NCBI GenBank assembly: GCA_963718615.1
Contig: OY970368.1
Coordinates: 384,001 to 448,000, forward strand
Source: an uncultured cyanobacterium
Lineage (GTDB): Bacteria; Cyanobacteriota; Cyanobacteriia; PCC-9006; JAAUQQ01
Direction of reading: 5' to 3'
DNA length: 64,000 nt
Shown here: in pieces, positions 49,763 to 60,061 of the stretch
Layout of the letters: every line of letters begins with the position of its first letter
Position numbering within the stretch: position 1 is the stretch's first letter
Made by a program: the position numbers and the translations under genes
The notes under the pieces: generated by a model
The model's database searches: none
Seen by the model: only the letters and a program-made list of their open reading frames with translations
What the model was told of the DNA's origin: nothing

Positions 49763-50569
49763 ATGGCGGGAGCCTTAAGTTTGTCCGGTCTTTACATTTA
49801 CCCAGTGAAATCGGCGGCGGGGATAGCGCTGCAAACGGCTGAGGTGGTGCAACGGGGATTGGGGGGCGATCGCCGCTACATGGTTACCGATCTCCAGGGC
49901 AAGTTTATGACCCAGCGCCAATATCCTCGGATGGCATTGATTCGGGTCGCCTTAGCCGCCAACCTCTGTCTGGATGCCCCTGGTATGCCGAGGCTTGTGT
50001 TATCAACCGATGCTCTGCCTTTGCCGGAACTGGAGGTTGAGGTTTGGGGCGATCGCACCTCTGCCCTCTCCGGTGGCGCAGAAGCCCAGGCTTGGCTGAG
50101 CGAGTTTCTTCAGGTGCCTTGCCAACTGGTCTACATGCCTGATACGGCCCAACGCCCCACAGCCCATGGCAAGTTAGGCGCGGATCAGCTGGTGAGTTTT
50201 GCCGATGCCTATCCTTTTTTGTTGATTTCGGAAGCCTCGTTGGCGGATTTGAATGGACGACTGGAGCAGGCGGTGCCGATGGATCGGTTTCGACCGAATT
50301 TAGTAGTGCGGGGGTGTGAAGCGTTTGCGGAGGATGGTTGGCAGCGACTGCGGATTGGAACGGTGGAGTTTGAGGGGGTGAAGGGATGCGATCGCTGTTC
50401 CGTTCCTGGGGTTGATCAAGCAACAGGAATGCAGTCTAAAGAACCGTTGTTGACGTTGGCTCAGTATCGACGGTGGCAGGGAAAGATTTGGTTTGGGCAG
50501 AATTTGGTGCAGCGCAATCTGGGGCAACTCCAGGTGGGGGATAGCATCGAGATTCTGGGATACAAGTAG
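49763..50569 (+). CDS. MOSC domain protein
   Basis: 'IYPVKS', 'DRRYM', 'FADAYP', 'RFRPNLVV', 'CDRC'. Confidence 0.93.
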   Translation: MAGALSLSGLYIYPVKSAAGIALQTAEVVQRGLGGDRRYMVTDLQGKFMTQRQYPRMALIRVALAANLCLDAPGMPRLVLSTDALPLPELEVEVWGDRTSALSGGAEAQAWLSEFLQVPCQLVYMPDTAQRPTAHGKLGADQLVSFADAYPFLLISEASLADLNGRLEQAVPMDRFRPNLVVRGCEAFAEDGWQRLRIGTVEFEGVKGCDRCSVPGVDQATGMQSKEPLLTLAQYRRWQGKIWFGQNLVQRNLGQLQVGDSIEILGYK

Positions 50570-50607
50570 GCTGGGGATTGAGCCACTTGAGGATTGAGCC
50601 ATTTGAG

Positions 50608-51198
50608 TCACTCCCCTGTGTCGATCTTCCCGCCCACAAACGGCGTCCCCCAAAATGTCCAGTTTTCTTTGTTGAAGGGCGATCGCCACTTGCGAATCAA
50701 CGCCGCCTCCAACCGCTGCCGCGCCCGCGTCGCCTGCGGCGCATGGGGCCAAAAGGCAATGCCCAGCTGCGTTGTCAGCCCATGGACATAGTGAATCTGG
50801 CGATAATTGGCCAAATAGCGCTTGCAGTCATGGACACCCTTCCAGCGCTGGTTGGACTTCACCGTTTCACCCACGTAGAGGAGGAGCGATCGCTCATAGT
50901 CGATGACAAAATACAGCGCTGCCACCCCGGCCTCATGAATCGGCGATTGCCAAAAGTTAATATTTTGTTGCGGTAACCCATAGGGGTCGAGCCGTTCCCC
51001 CTCCGTCACCGCATCCGCAAACAGCGAGCCCTGCTCCGCCTGGGGCAAAAACCTCACCTGGCGCTGATAATCTCCAATGCGCTCCTGCCAAAGTTCTAGC
51101 GCCGTCTGGCTCATGTTCGGCGAGAGCCCTTCCAGGGTTCGGCCCTGAACTTGCCACTGCTCTGTCGCAGAAAAAAGAGAAAGCTGACTAACAACCAT
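50608..51198 (-). CDS. GIY-YIG nuclease family protein (cyanobacterial)
   Basis: 'LYFVID...LLYVGET...RWKG.HDCKRY', 'LE..LIRKWRSPFNKE'. Confidence 0.8.
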   Translation of the reverse strand: MVVSQLSLFSATEQWQVQGRTLEGLSPNMSQTALELWQERIGDYQRQVRFLPQAEQGSLFADAVTEGERLDPYGLPQQNINFWQSPIHEAGVAALYFVIDYERSLLLYVGETVKSNQRWKGVHDCKRYLANYRQIHYVHGLTTQLGIAFWPHAPQATRARQRLEAALIRKWRSPFNKENWTFWGTPFVGGKIDTGE

Positions 51199-51280
51199 GA
51201 AGATCTTCCGGAAATTTGCTTTTCCTAGTGGCAAATCCAATATACCGTGAAGCCATAATGTTTTTGGCGATACAGCCAGA

Positions 51281-52258
51281 TTGACTGTGTTTGTCTTCTC
51301 TTTTCCCGCTAAATTGTTGAAATCCTGGGCGATCGCCGGACGCCAAATTAGCCTCAGTGCGTTATTTGGCCTGAGTCTCAGCGGCTGTCAAACGCTGCCA
51401 AGCGCCTTCGTCGCCAGGGATGGCCTCGCCTGGGCTGGAGTCCGTGATTTTGCCCCTATGCAACTGGAATATCAGGTTCATCAGCTACCCACGAGTACGG
51501 TTTATACCCTGCGGATTCCCCTGGGATCGCGGTTTGAGCTGCGGGTTGAGGCGGACCCCGGCTTGGCTGCGGTGGAAGTGTTAGCACAGCGGGGGGGAGG
51601 GGCGATCGCAGGCATCAACGCCGGTTTCTTTGACCCCGCCAATGGCCAAACCACTGCCTACATCATTCAGGAGGGTATCCTCACGGGCGATCCCCAGCAA
51701 AATCAGCAGCTCATGACCAATGCTGGGATTCAGACTTATCTCCCCCAGGTCCTCAATCGCAGCGAATTCCGGCGCTATCGCTGTGGTGAAACCACTCGCT
51801 ATGCCATTACGTCCCATGACACAGAGGTTCCGTCCGACTGCCTGCTCACCGATGCCGTGGGGGCCGGTCCCCAGCTTTTGCCCCGGTTGAATGCTGAGGA
51901 AGAGGCTTTTTGGCATGAAGTAGAGGGCAAAATCAAGCGGGATCCCATTGGACTGTATCGACCCAATGCCCGTAGTGCGATCGCCCTCACGGCCAACGGC
52001 GATGTCATCCTAGCCATGGCGGCCCAAATTCCCGGCTCCGGCTCGGGTTTAACGCTGCCCGAGTTGGCGGATTTTTTGCAGACCCAGGGAGCCATCAGCG
52101 CGCTCAATCTGGATGGGGGCAGTTCTAGCGCACTCTACTATTCCCCCACAACTCACTACGGCAAATTCGATACCGAAGGACAAGCGGTGCGTCGGGCAGT
52201 CAAGTCTGCCCTGATTGTTCGACCCCCTCAAGATCCTCCTCAAGATCCTGCGCCATGA
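51281..52258 (+). CDS. Phosphodiester glycosidase (NAGPA/DUF2233) family protein
   Basis: 'INAGFFD', 'GAGPQL', 'ARSAI', 'ALNLDGGSS'. Confidence 0.88.
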   Translation: MTVFVFSFPAKLLKSWAIAGRQISLSALFGLSLSGCQTLPSAFVARDGLAWAGVRDFAPMQLEYQVHQLPTSTVYTLRIPLGSRFELRVEADPGLAAVEVLAQRGGGAIAGINAGFFDPANGQTTAYIIQEGILTGDPQQNQQLMTNAGIQTYLPQVLNRSEFRRYRCGETTRYAITSHDTEVPSDCLLTDAVGAGPQLLPRLNAEEEAFWHEVEGKIKRDPIGLYRPNARSAIALTANGDVILAMAAQIPGSGSGLTLPELADFLQTQGAISALNLDGGSSSALYYSPTTHYGKFDTEGQAVRRAVKSALIVRPPQDPPQDPAP

Positions 52259-54267
52259 TTCCCAACACCATTCCCCTCCGCCTGTGTTTGATTGTGCCCT
52301 TCGTGATTCAGACCATTGGCACTGTGGGATTGGTGGGGTATCTGTCGTTTCGCAATGGTGAATCGGCGGTTCAGCAGATGGCCAGCGAACTGCGTCAGGC
52401 GACGACGCAACGGGTTGAGCAACATTTGGAGGGCTTTTTGCAAGCCTCGGTCTCGACGGTGGAAACCAATGCGATCGCCGCCACCCTCGGTCAATTGCAG
52501 ATGGAAGACTGGGACCGCAGTCGACGCTATTTCCTCAAACAGCTTCAGGTCTTGCCGAATATTGATGGTCTTTACATTGGCAACGAACAGGGACAATTTC
52601 TCTGTGCCTGTGGCAGTGAAGAATTCGGCGTCGTCGAAAAAACCGTGGTGGAATCGCCCCAGCGGGAGCTTTATCGGCTAAACCCTGAGGGCGATCGCCA
52701 AGCCCTGCTCAAACTCGATACCTATGATCCCCGTCTGCGCCCTTGGTATCTCAGTACGCAACGCTATCAGGCAACGAACTGGAGCGATATTTATGCCTTC
52801 ACCGATGGCTCCCTAGGGATTACCGCTGCCGCCCCGATTTATGATCCGACCCACCAAACCTTTTTGGGGGTGGCCGGGGCCGATGTCCGACTCCAACAAA
52901 TCGGTGAATTTCTCCAGGCCCTGCCGCTCAGCGCCCAAAGCGAAATTTTTATTGTGGAGCGATCGGGGCTGTTGGTGGCTTCATCGGAGGAGCGGGGTCT
53001 GGAGCCTGCGGTTGCTTCCCCTGAAAACCCTGAAAGTCAGCGGATTGAGGCGATCGCCAGCCACGATCCTCGGGTCCAAGCCACTGCCCGGTATGTCCAA
53101 GACCATCTGCAAGGCTTTGGGGCGATTCGACAGCCCCAGTCGTTTGACTTTAATTGGGAGGGAGATATCCGTCATCCAGAGGCAACCGATCACCAGGGCG
53201 ATCGCCAGTTTGTCCAAATTTTGCCCTATCAGCATCAGCGGGGTCTTGACTGGTTGATTGTAGTGGTGGTCCCCGAACAGGATTTCATGGGACAAATTCA
53301 GGCCAATACGCGCACCACGCTCCAGCTCTGCGGTGCTGCCTTGGGGGTTTCGATTTTGTCCGGAATGATATTGGCTCGGTTGTTAAGTGCACCGATTCAG
53401 CGGTTCAGTCGCGCTGCCTACGCCATCAGTGCGGGGAACCTCGCGCCGGTCGAACAACGCAGCCGTATTCGAGAGGTGGAAATTTTGACCCGATCCTTTA
53501 ACCGGATGACGCGCAATCTCCAAGCCTCCTTTCAGGCCCTAGAAGAAGCCAATAGCCATCTTGAAGAGCGGGTGGTTCAACGGACGGCTGAGTTGCAAAG
53601 CGAAAAGGAAAAGTCGGAGCAACTGTTGCTCAATATCTTGCCGCGCAAAATCGCGGAACAGCTCAAAAATAGTCAGGAGCCCATTGCCAAAAGCTTTGAA
53701 GAAGTCAGCATTCTCTTTGCCGATATTGTTGGCTTTACACCCCTTGCTTCGGAATATTCCGCTACCAAAATTGTTCAGTTGCTTAATGAACTGTTCTGTC
53801 GATTTGATGCCCTAGCTGAACGGCATGGCTTGGAAAAAATCAAGACCATTGGGGATGCCTATATGGTCGCTGCCGGGTTACCCGAGGAGCGGGTGGACCA
53901 TGCAGAGGCGATCGCCACCATGGCCCTCGATATGCGGACAGCGGTCCAGGATTTTTCCCGGCAGGTGGGGTTAGACCTCGCGCTACGCATTGGCATCAAT
54001 TCCGGGATGGTGGTCGGTGGCGTGATTGGCAAGAAAAAGTTTATTTATGACCTCTGGGGCGATACTGTGAATATCGCTTCCCGCATGGAATCCAGCGGTG
54101 AGGCCCACTGCATTCAGCTCAGCGAAGCCACCTACGCCCGTCTGCGGCCCGATACGTTTCGCTGTGAGGCTCGGGGGGAGATCACGGTTAAAGGAAAAGG
54201 ACGGATGAATACCTATTGGCTCTTGGATCAGCCCTCGGTACCGGAGGCTCTTTTAGCGAGGGTTTAG
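52255..54267 (+). CDS. Membrane adenylate/guanylate cyclase (Cache-HAMP-cyclase)
   Basis: 'YDPRLRPWY' Cache, HAMP, 'FADIVGFT', 'KIKTIGDAYM', 'YDLWGDTVNIASRMES'. Confidence 0.94.
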   Translation: MIPNTIPLRLCLIVPFVIQTIGTVGLVGYLSFRNGESAVQQMASELRQATTQRVEQHLEGFLQASVSTVETNAIAATLGQLQMEDWDRSRRYFLKQLQVLPNIDGLYIGNEQGQFLCACGSEEFGVVEKTVVESPQRELYRLNPEGDRQALLKLDTYDPRLRPWYLSTQRYQATNWSDIYAFTDGSLGITAAAPIYDPTHQTFLGVAGADVRLQQIGEFLQALPLSAQSEIFIVERSGLLVASSEERGLEPAVASPENPESQRIEAIASHDPRVQATARYVQDHLQGFGAIRQPQSFDFNWEGDIRHPEATDHQGDRQFVQILPYQHQRGLDWLIVVVVPEQDFMGQIQANTRTTLQLCGAALGVSILSGMILARLLSAPIQRFSRAAYAISAGNLAPVEQRSRIREVEILTRSFNRMTRNLQASFQALEEANSHLEERVVQRTAELQSEKEKSEQLLLNILPRKIAEQLKNSQEPIAKSFEEVSILFADIVGFTPLASEYSATKIVQLLNELFCRFDALAERHGLEKIKTIGDAYMVAAGLPEERVDHAEAIATMALDMRTAVQDFSRQVGLDLALRIGINSGMVVGGVIGKKKFIYDLWGDTVNIASRMESSGEAHCIQLSEATYARLRPDTFRCEARGEITVKGKGRMNTYWLLDQPSVPEALLARV

Positions 54268-54318
54268 GGCTCGGGGATTAGGGTTCGGGGATTAGGGCTT
54301 GGGGATTAGGAATTAGAG
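54265..54318 (+). repeat. Short tandem repeats (STRR-like, 14-bp period)
   Basis: tagggctcggggat / tagggttcggggat / tagggcttggggat between convergent genes. Confidence 0.7.
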
Positions 54319-54319
54319 G

Positions 54320-55042
54320 TTATTCGGCGATGGGGGCAGGGCGCGATCGCAGGATTTGTTGCTCTACCCCCACAATTTCATCAATTCGCGTTTGCAACTC
54401 CTGAATTTTTTGCTTGTAGGGATATTTGCGAGCCAAGGCCGCTCGGGCCAAGTCTTCCCGATTTTGTTGGAGGGCGGCTCGGGCGGTGCGATCCCAGGCT
54501 TCGGCTTCGTGGCGGGCCTGGTCAAGTTCCGCCTGTTGTTCTTGGTGGGCGGTTTGAATTTGGGCGATCGCCGCCTGCCAATAGTGACTCGCCAGGGTCG
54601 GATCCGCAGCGCTCTTGGCCTGCTCCATCAGTTTAGAGACGCCGTAGACCCCGGCAGCGGCGATCGCCGGAGCCGCAAACACGCCCCCCAGCAACATTCC
54701 CCCCAAAACACCCCCTGCTGCCGCCGCTGCCACCACCGTATCCACCTGTTCGCTGCGATGTTTCCCGGTTTTGCACCAGTAGGCAAAATGCTCACAGTTA
54801 TTAAAGACAATGTGATAATCCCGTTCCCCTACCCGGCTCATGGCACGCTGGACCACCACTTCCGGTGGATCAGACAAGGGGTAGGGTTTGACCCAAATCT
54901 CTTGACCCAGGGCAAAAAAGGGACGTGAACTGCGGGTAATCGCTTCCCCCTCGCGATAGTGAATTACCGTGCCATCACCACAGTCGATGCCGTGGTGGGT
55001 ATAGGCTCCCCGCGACACATAAAGATGATCGCCTTTGGCCAT
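54320..55042 (-). CDS. LRAT (permuted NlpC/P60) domain fused to a PspA/IM30-like helical segment
   Basis: 'YTHHGI', 'VIHY', 'NNCEHF..WCKTG'; C-terminal 'WDRTARAALQQNREDLARAALARK'. Confidence 0.85.
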   Translation of the reverse strand: MAKGDHLYVSRGAYTHHGIDCGDGTVIHYREGEAITRSSRPFFALGQEIWVKPYPLSDPPEVVVQRAMSRVGERDYHIVFNNCEHFAYWCKTGKHRSEQVDTVVAAAAAGGVLGGMLLGGVFAAPAIAAAGVYGVSKLMEQAKSAADPTLASHYWQAAIAQIQTAHQEQQAELDQARHEAEAWDRTARAALQQNREDLARAALARKYPYKQKIQELQTRIDEIVGVEQQILRSRPAPIAE

Positions 55043-55114
55043 GGCTGAAGGTCCTTAAGGAATGACAAAAATGGTTCACCCGGCTGGGCTTGACTGACCC
55101 TAGATGGTTGTAGC

Positions 55115-56044
55115 TTAGCTTGCGAGAGACTGCTCTTCCGGGGCGTTAGCCGTACGGTTGAAGTGTAAATCTCCGTCATTGCGGCCTAAAAACTGATCCA
55201 CACAGCGTTGATAGGCGATCGGATCTTCCAGCATCGGGAAATGGGCTGTGCCTGCTAACACTTCGTATTGGATCCGTTGGGGATTGACTTGGGCCGCATT
55301 GGCTCCCAGTTCAGGGGGAATGATAATGTCATGCTCGCCGGACAGCAGCAATGTCGGCACATCGATCGCCCGAAACCGACTGGGCATTTCTTCAGCAGCC
55401 TGCTGGCTCACCACAGAGTAAAGCGTTCCCAGGGCAGCGGCCTGATCGGCCATTAGATAATCTTCCAAAAAGGCTTGACTTTCTCCATCGGGCAAAGCCT
55501 GGTGCAGAAACCGCGCCATAAACATGCGATTGGCAAAGGGGATTTTGCTCAGCCAAGCGGGGCGCAGCTTGACGACATACCCACCAAACCGATGAAACGC
55601 TGCAAACGCCAGTTTTTCGTACTTAAAAATTCCACCACAGGTCAAAATCGCCTGCTCCACCCGTGCAGAATGCTGGGCTAAGAACACCGTGGCGATCGAG
55701 GTTCCCATAGAATGGGCATGAAGCCACACCCGATCTAGGTGCAACACCTCAAACAGAGCTAATAGATCTGCCGCATAGCTATCCACGCTGTAGTCTTTGG
55801 GATAGTTGGCAAAGGGAAAATCGGGCGTGGCGGCGGGCTTGCTATGGGAGCGACCAAAGCCCCGCAGGTCGTAGAGCAGGCAATCAAAGCGATCGCTCAT
55901 CCGTCTAGCGGTGGCCTCCCAGTATCGAGCCGATCCCCCCCAACCATGGACAAAGACCATCACCGGCTTGCCGGTCGGTGTTTCTCCCCGGCTGGTGATC
56001 CACTCATAATAGTGGGCAACATTGCGAACTGCGACGAAGGGCAT
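55115..56044 (-). CDS. Alpha/beta fold hydrolase
   Basis: 'HGWGGS', 'DLRGFGRS', 'AHSMG', 'AHFPMLE'. Confidence 0.92.
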   Translation of the reverse strand: MPFVAVRNVAHYYEWITSRGETPTGKPVMVFVHGWGGSARYWEATARRMSDRFDCLLYDLRGFGRSHSKPAATPDFPFANYPKDYSVDSYAADLLALFEVLHLDRVWLHAHSMGTSIATVFLAQHSARVEQAILTCGGIFKYEKLAFAAFHRFGGYVVKLRPAWLSKIPFANRMFMARFLHQALPDGESQAFLEDYLMADQAAALGTLYSVVSQQAAEEMPSRFRAIDVPTLLLSGEHDIIIPPELGANAAQVNPQRIQYEVLAGTAHFPMLEDPIAYQRCVDQFLGRNDGDLHFNRTANAPEEQSLAS

Positions 56045-56061
56045 GTCTAGATCCTCTTAAC

Positions 56062-57408
56062 CTAAGCCGACTCTGGCTTAGGCATGGATGAAGGATGCAC
56101 AATCAACTCTGCCGTCGATCGCTTCTCGACCATCTCCCTGGTAATCATGCAGTGATTGACATCCTTTCGAGAGGGGAGCTCGTACATGACATCGAGCATG
56201 ATCTCTTCGACAATACCCCGGAGTGCACGGGCACCGGTTTTGCGACGATAGGCTTCGCGGGCGATCGCCCGCAGGGCATCCGCCCGAAATTCCAAATGTA
56301 CATTGTCCATGCGCATCAGCTCACAATATTGCTTCACCAACGCGTCCTTGGGCTCAGTCAAAATCGCCGTGAGGGCGTCCTCGTCTAGCGGCGCAAGGGC
56401 TGCCGTCACCGGCAAGCGGCCAATGAATTCCGGAATCATGCCAAATTTGACAATATCCTCCGGCTCCAAATACCGGAGCAAGTCTGCCGAACGTCGATCA
56501 CGGGTCTGACCATCCCCTTGAATAAAGCCGATCGACTTCTTACCCATGCGTTGCTCGATCACCTTATCGAGGCCAACAAAGGCCCCACCGCAGACAAAGA
56601 GAATGTTGCTGGTATCAATTTGGATGCAGTCTTGGTAGGGGTGCTTCCGGCCCCCCTGAGGCGGCACATTGGCAATGGTTCCCTCCAGCATCTTCAATAG
56701 AGCTTGCTGCACGCCTTCGCCAGAGACATCGCGCGTAATCGATGGATTCTCACTCTTCCGAGCAATCTTGTCGATTTCGTCAATGTAAATAATGCCGCGC
56801 TGGGCTTCTTCCACATCCAGATCAGCAACCTGTAGAAGCCGTAGCAAAATGTTTTCGACATCTTCCCCTACGTACCCCGCTTCCGTCAGGGTCGTGGCAT
56901 CAGCCACCGCAAAAGGCACATCAAGCAATCGGGCCAAGGTTTGAGCTAACAGCGTCTTGCCGCTGCCGGTCGGCCCAATCAAGAGAATGTTTGACTTTTG
57001 GAGTTGAATCGGATCACTGTCAGTATTGGTACCCGCAGCGACCCCTTGATGGAAGCTCAGCCGCTTGTAGTGGTTATAAACCGCAACGGACAGAACTTTT
57101 TTGGCTTCATGTTGGCCAATGACATGCTGGTCGAGGTACTTCTTAATCTCCCGAGGTTTCGGGACTTGACTCATGGAGAGAGGGGTCGATCGCGTCTTCC
57201 GCTTTTCAGGCGGAGTTTCTCGACGGGGCGTTGGCGCAGGCTGCGAGGGCATCGTCCCCGAGTCAAACAGCTCTTCGTCGAGAATTTCATTGCAAAGGTC
57301 AACACACTCATCGCAAATATAGACTCCCGGCCCTGCGATTAGCTTCCGAACTTGCTCCTGCGACTTACCGCAGAACGAACATTTGAGGTGGGAGTCATAC
57401 TTGGACAT
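56062..57408 (-). CDS. clpX: ATP-dependent Clp protease ATP-binding subunit
   Basis: CSFCGK zinc finger, GPTGSGKT, '[14 protein letters not shown]', IGF loop. Confidence 0.98.
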   Translation of the reverse strand: MSKYDSHLKCSFCGKSQEQVRKLIAGPGVYICDECVDLCNEILDEELFDSGTMPSQPAPTPRRETPPEKRKTRSTPLSMSQVPKPREIKKYLDQHVIGQHEAKKVLSVAVYNHYKRLSFHQGVAAGTNTDSDPIQLQKSNILLIGPTGSGKTLLAQTLARLLDVPFAVADATTLTEAGYVGEDVENILLRLLQVADLDVEEAQRGIIYIDEIDKIARKSENPSITRDVSGEGVQQALLKMLEGTIANVPPQGGRKHPYQDCIQIDTSNILFVCGGAFVGLDKVIEQRMGKKSIGFIQGDGQTRDRRSADLLRYLEPEDIVKFGMIPEFIGRLPVTAALAPLDEDALTAILTEPKDALVKQYCELMRMDNVHLEFRADALRAIAREAYRRKTGARALRGIVEEIMLDVMYELPSRKDVNHCMITREMVEKRSTAELIVHPSSMPKPESA

Positions 57409-57416
57409 GAGACCTT

Positions 57417-58157
57417 TTACTCCACGGGTGCGACGGCAACAACAGGCTTCGACAAGACACGGTCAATTAAGCCATATTCGCGAGACTCATCAGCGGACAT
57501 GAAGAAGTCCCTCTCCGTATCTTCTTCAATCCGACTGAGGGGCTGTCCGGTATGGCACGCCAGTAACTCATTCAACACACGCTTATGATAAAGAATTTCG
57601 CGGGCCTGAATCTCAATATCAACCGCTTGTCCCTGAGCACCGCCTAGGGGTTGGTGAATCATAATGCGGGAGTTCGGCAACGACAAACGTTTGCCCTTTG
57701 CCCCACCCGACAGTAAAAAGGCTCCCATACTAGCTGCCAATCCAAAGCAAATGGTTACCACATCAGGAGCCACCTGCTGCATGGTGTCATAAATCGCCAT
57801 CCCCGCCGTCACGGAACCGCCGGGACTGTTGATGTAGAGCTGAATATCCTTTTCGGAATCCTCCGCTTCGAGGAAGAGCAACTGAGCCACAATCGAGTCA
57901 GCCACGTTGTCGTCTACGGGCGTCCCCAGAAATACGATGCGCTCCCGCAGCAGACGCGAATAAATATCAAAGGCTCGCTCGCCCCGACCGGATTGCTCAA
58001 CCACCATTGGAACAATTGCCAAGGGCTGAACGAGTCGAGCGGGAGGCTGGACACTAGAAAACATGGAATAGGTCTGCAAGCCTCGCTGGTTCTCAGAAGA
58101 GAGACTCAAACTTGAAGCCTGGGAATAGAGGGGATCGGGAAACTGAGAAGACAGCAT
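57417..58157 (-). CDS. clpP: Clp protease proteolytic subunit
   Basis: '[11 protein letters not shown]', 'YINSPGGSV', 'AASMG', 'MIHQP'; start uncertain. Confidence 0.97.
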   Translation of the reverse strand: MLSSQFPDPLYSQASSLSLSSENQRGLQTYSMFSSVQPPARLVQPLAIVPMVVEQSGRGERAFDIYSRLLRERIVFLGTPVDDNVADSIVAQLLFLEAEDSEKDIQLYINSPGGSVTAGMAIYDTMQQVAPDVVTICFGLAASMGAFLLSGGAKGKRLSLPNSRIMIHQPLGGAQGQAVDIEIQAREILYHKRVLNELLACHTGQPLSRIEEDTERDFFMSADESREYGLIDRVLSKPVVAVAPVE

Positions 58158-58342
58158 AGAGACGTGAAAAATGGACCGTTATAGCACCCAGCAAACTGGA
58201 ACCAGGGTTGGGCAATGCCAGCCCTGGACTTCATTATGCCTTAACTCACTCAGCACCGGTTGAACCGGGCGAATCTCTTATAACACCTCCCTGAGTCAAA
58301 TGCCCAGCGGTTAAACGACAACCTTGAGAGCACGCTAGGGTG

Positions 58343-59770
58343 CTAGGTCTCGTCATCCGCCACTTCTACGTCGACAGCCACCGCTTCTTCGTCATCCTCC
58401 TCGTCCTCGTCGTCCTCAGCGGCTGGAGGGGTAAGGGTACCTTCCGGAACCAGTTCGACGGTTGAATGCTCTTCTAGCCAAGCCATAATCTTGTCTTTGA
58501 GCAGATCTTCTTCAACGACGGCACGGAGACGAGACATATCCAGCTTGCCAGTGTCTTCCTGGGTGTTCTCCAAAACCTCGGCGACTTTGGCGTCGATTTC
58601 TTCAGCGTCGACTTGAATCGATTCTTGCTTGGCGATTTCTCCGAGGGAGAGGGTTCGCTTGAGGCGATCGATCGCATCCGGACGAGCCTGTTCACGGAAC
58701 TTTTCAACTAACTCCGCATTGAGCATCCGATTCACATCGATGCCCTGCTCACTCAAACTCATCATCGTTTGCCGCAGAATAAAATCGCTCTCCCGAGCAA
58801 TCAACGTTTCAGGCAGCTCGACCTCAATCTGTTCCGTCAAAGCGGTGTAGAACGCTTCTTCCTTATTGCGCTTGGTCCGTTGATCTGCCTCATTTTGATA
58901 ACGCTGTTCGAGGCTTTCCTGCAGCTCAGCTAAGGTCTCAAAATCACTCACCTCTTGGGCAAAGTCATCATTGAGCTCCGGCAGCTCCCGCATTTTGAGC
59001 TCCTTGAGCGTGACATCAAAGGTGGCGGCCCTGCCTGCGACTTCGGCTTGGGGATAGTCTGCTGGGAAGGTTGCTTGAATTTGCTTGTTCTCGCCCGGCT
59101 CCATACCCACGATGCCGTCGATAAACCCTGGAATAAACCGGCCCTCTGACAGCTCTACCTGGAAGTCTTCCCCCTTGCCGCCTGGAATCTCCTCAGGCTC
59201 TGCATCCTCAGGCGCATCTTCTGGGAGATCTAAGTGACCCACAAAGTCGATAATGGCAACATCGTCCAGTTGGGCCGCTCGCTCTTCAACGGGCACTAGC
59301 GTGGCCATCTGTTTGCGGTAATCTTCGAGGACTTTGTCTGCCTTGCCGGCTTCGGGCTGAATCTCTTCTGCTTGAATGGAGAGGCCCTTGTAGGTCTTTA
59401 GGGTGGGGGTGGGGGCTACATCGACTGAGGCGGAGAACGTCATGCTCTCACCGGGCTTAAAGGCTTCAATTAGCTCCTCAAAGGAAGAGCGCAGTTTGTA
59501 GTTGCCCAGGGCTTGAATTTCCTCTTGTTCGATCGCCTGATCAACCCCCTTCTGCACCAACTCTTCGATGGCGGAGGCTTTGACGCGAGCACTTCCCAGT
59601 CGCTGCACTAAGATATGGCGAGGGACTTTGCCTTTACGAAACCCAGGAAGGCTGACCTGACGAGCGAGTTTGGTCAGCGTCTGTTCGTATACTTGCTTGG
59701 AGAGGTCGCCAGGAACTTCTATCTCAAGTCCAAGCTGGCTATCTGGCAGTTTTTCCTGGGTGACTTTCAT
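58343..59770 (-). CDS. tig: Trigger factor
   Basis: 'PGFRKGKVP' ribosome-binding motif; FKBP-like 'FIPGF'. Confidence 0.97.
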   Translation of the reverse strand: MKVTQEKLPDSQLGLEIEVPGDLSKQVYEQTLTKLARQVSLPGFRKGKVPRHILVQRLGSARVKASAIEELVQKGVDQAIEQEEIQALGNYKLRSSFEELIEAFKPGESMTFSASVDVAPTPTLKTYKGLSIQAEEIQPEAGKADKVLEDYRKQMATLVPVEERAAQLDDVAIIDFVGHLDLPEDAPEDAEPEEIPGGKGEDFQVELSEGRFIPGFIDGIVGMEPGENKQIQATFPADYPQAEVAGRAATFDVTLKELKMRELPELNDDFAQEVSDFETLAELQESLEQRYQNEADQRTKRNKEEAFYTALTEQIEVELPETLIARESDFILRQTMMSLSEQGIDVNRMLNAELVEKFREQARPDAIDRLKRTLSLGEIAKQESIQVDAEEIDAKVAEVLENTQEDTGKLDMSRLRAVVEEDLLKDKIMAWLEEHSTVELVPEGTLTPPAAEDDEDEEDDEEAVAVDVEVADDET

Positions 59771-59995
59771 TCAATCTAGACTCTAGCAATGGGCAACGAT
59801 TTAATCCAACCATATATATTAGCCGAAGGCGTGAGAACTGTACGCCGAGAACTGATATAAATGGTTGCAAGTCCTGCAAGCACCGTGCCTGAATACGGTA
59901 GCATTTACAGGAAGTCAAAGTCGCCTCAGTTGTTTCTCTGAAATTTCAGCATTTTGAGATAAAGATTTGTAACGCAGTTGTCAGTCTTGCCATGG

Positions 59996-60044
59996 TTTGA
60001 AAGCCGTTGTTTGGAAGCCGTTGTTTGAAAAAGTGTTTGAAAAG
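59996..60044 (+). repeat. Short tandem duplication upstream of asd
   Basis: aagccgttgtttg repeated twice (14-bp period) plus degenerate gtttgaaaa copies. Confidence 0.6.
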
Positions 60045-60061
60045 GTGAGGAGGCTATTCAC

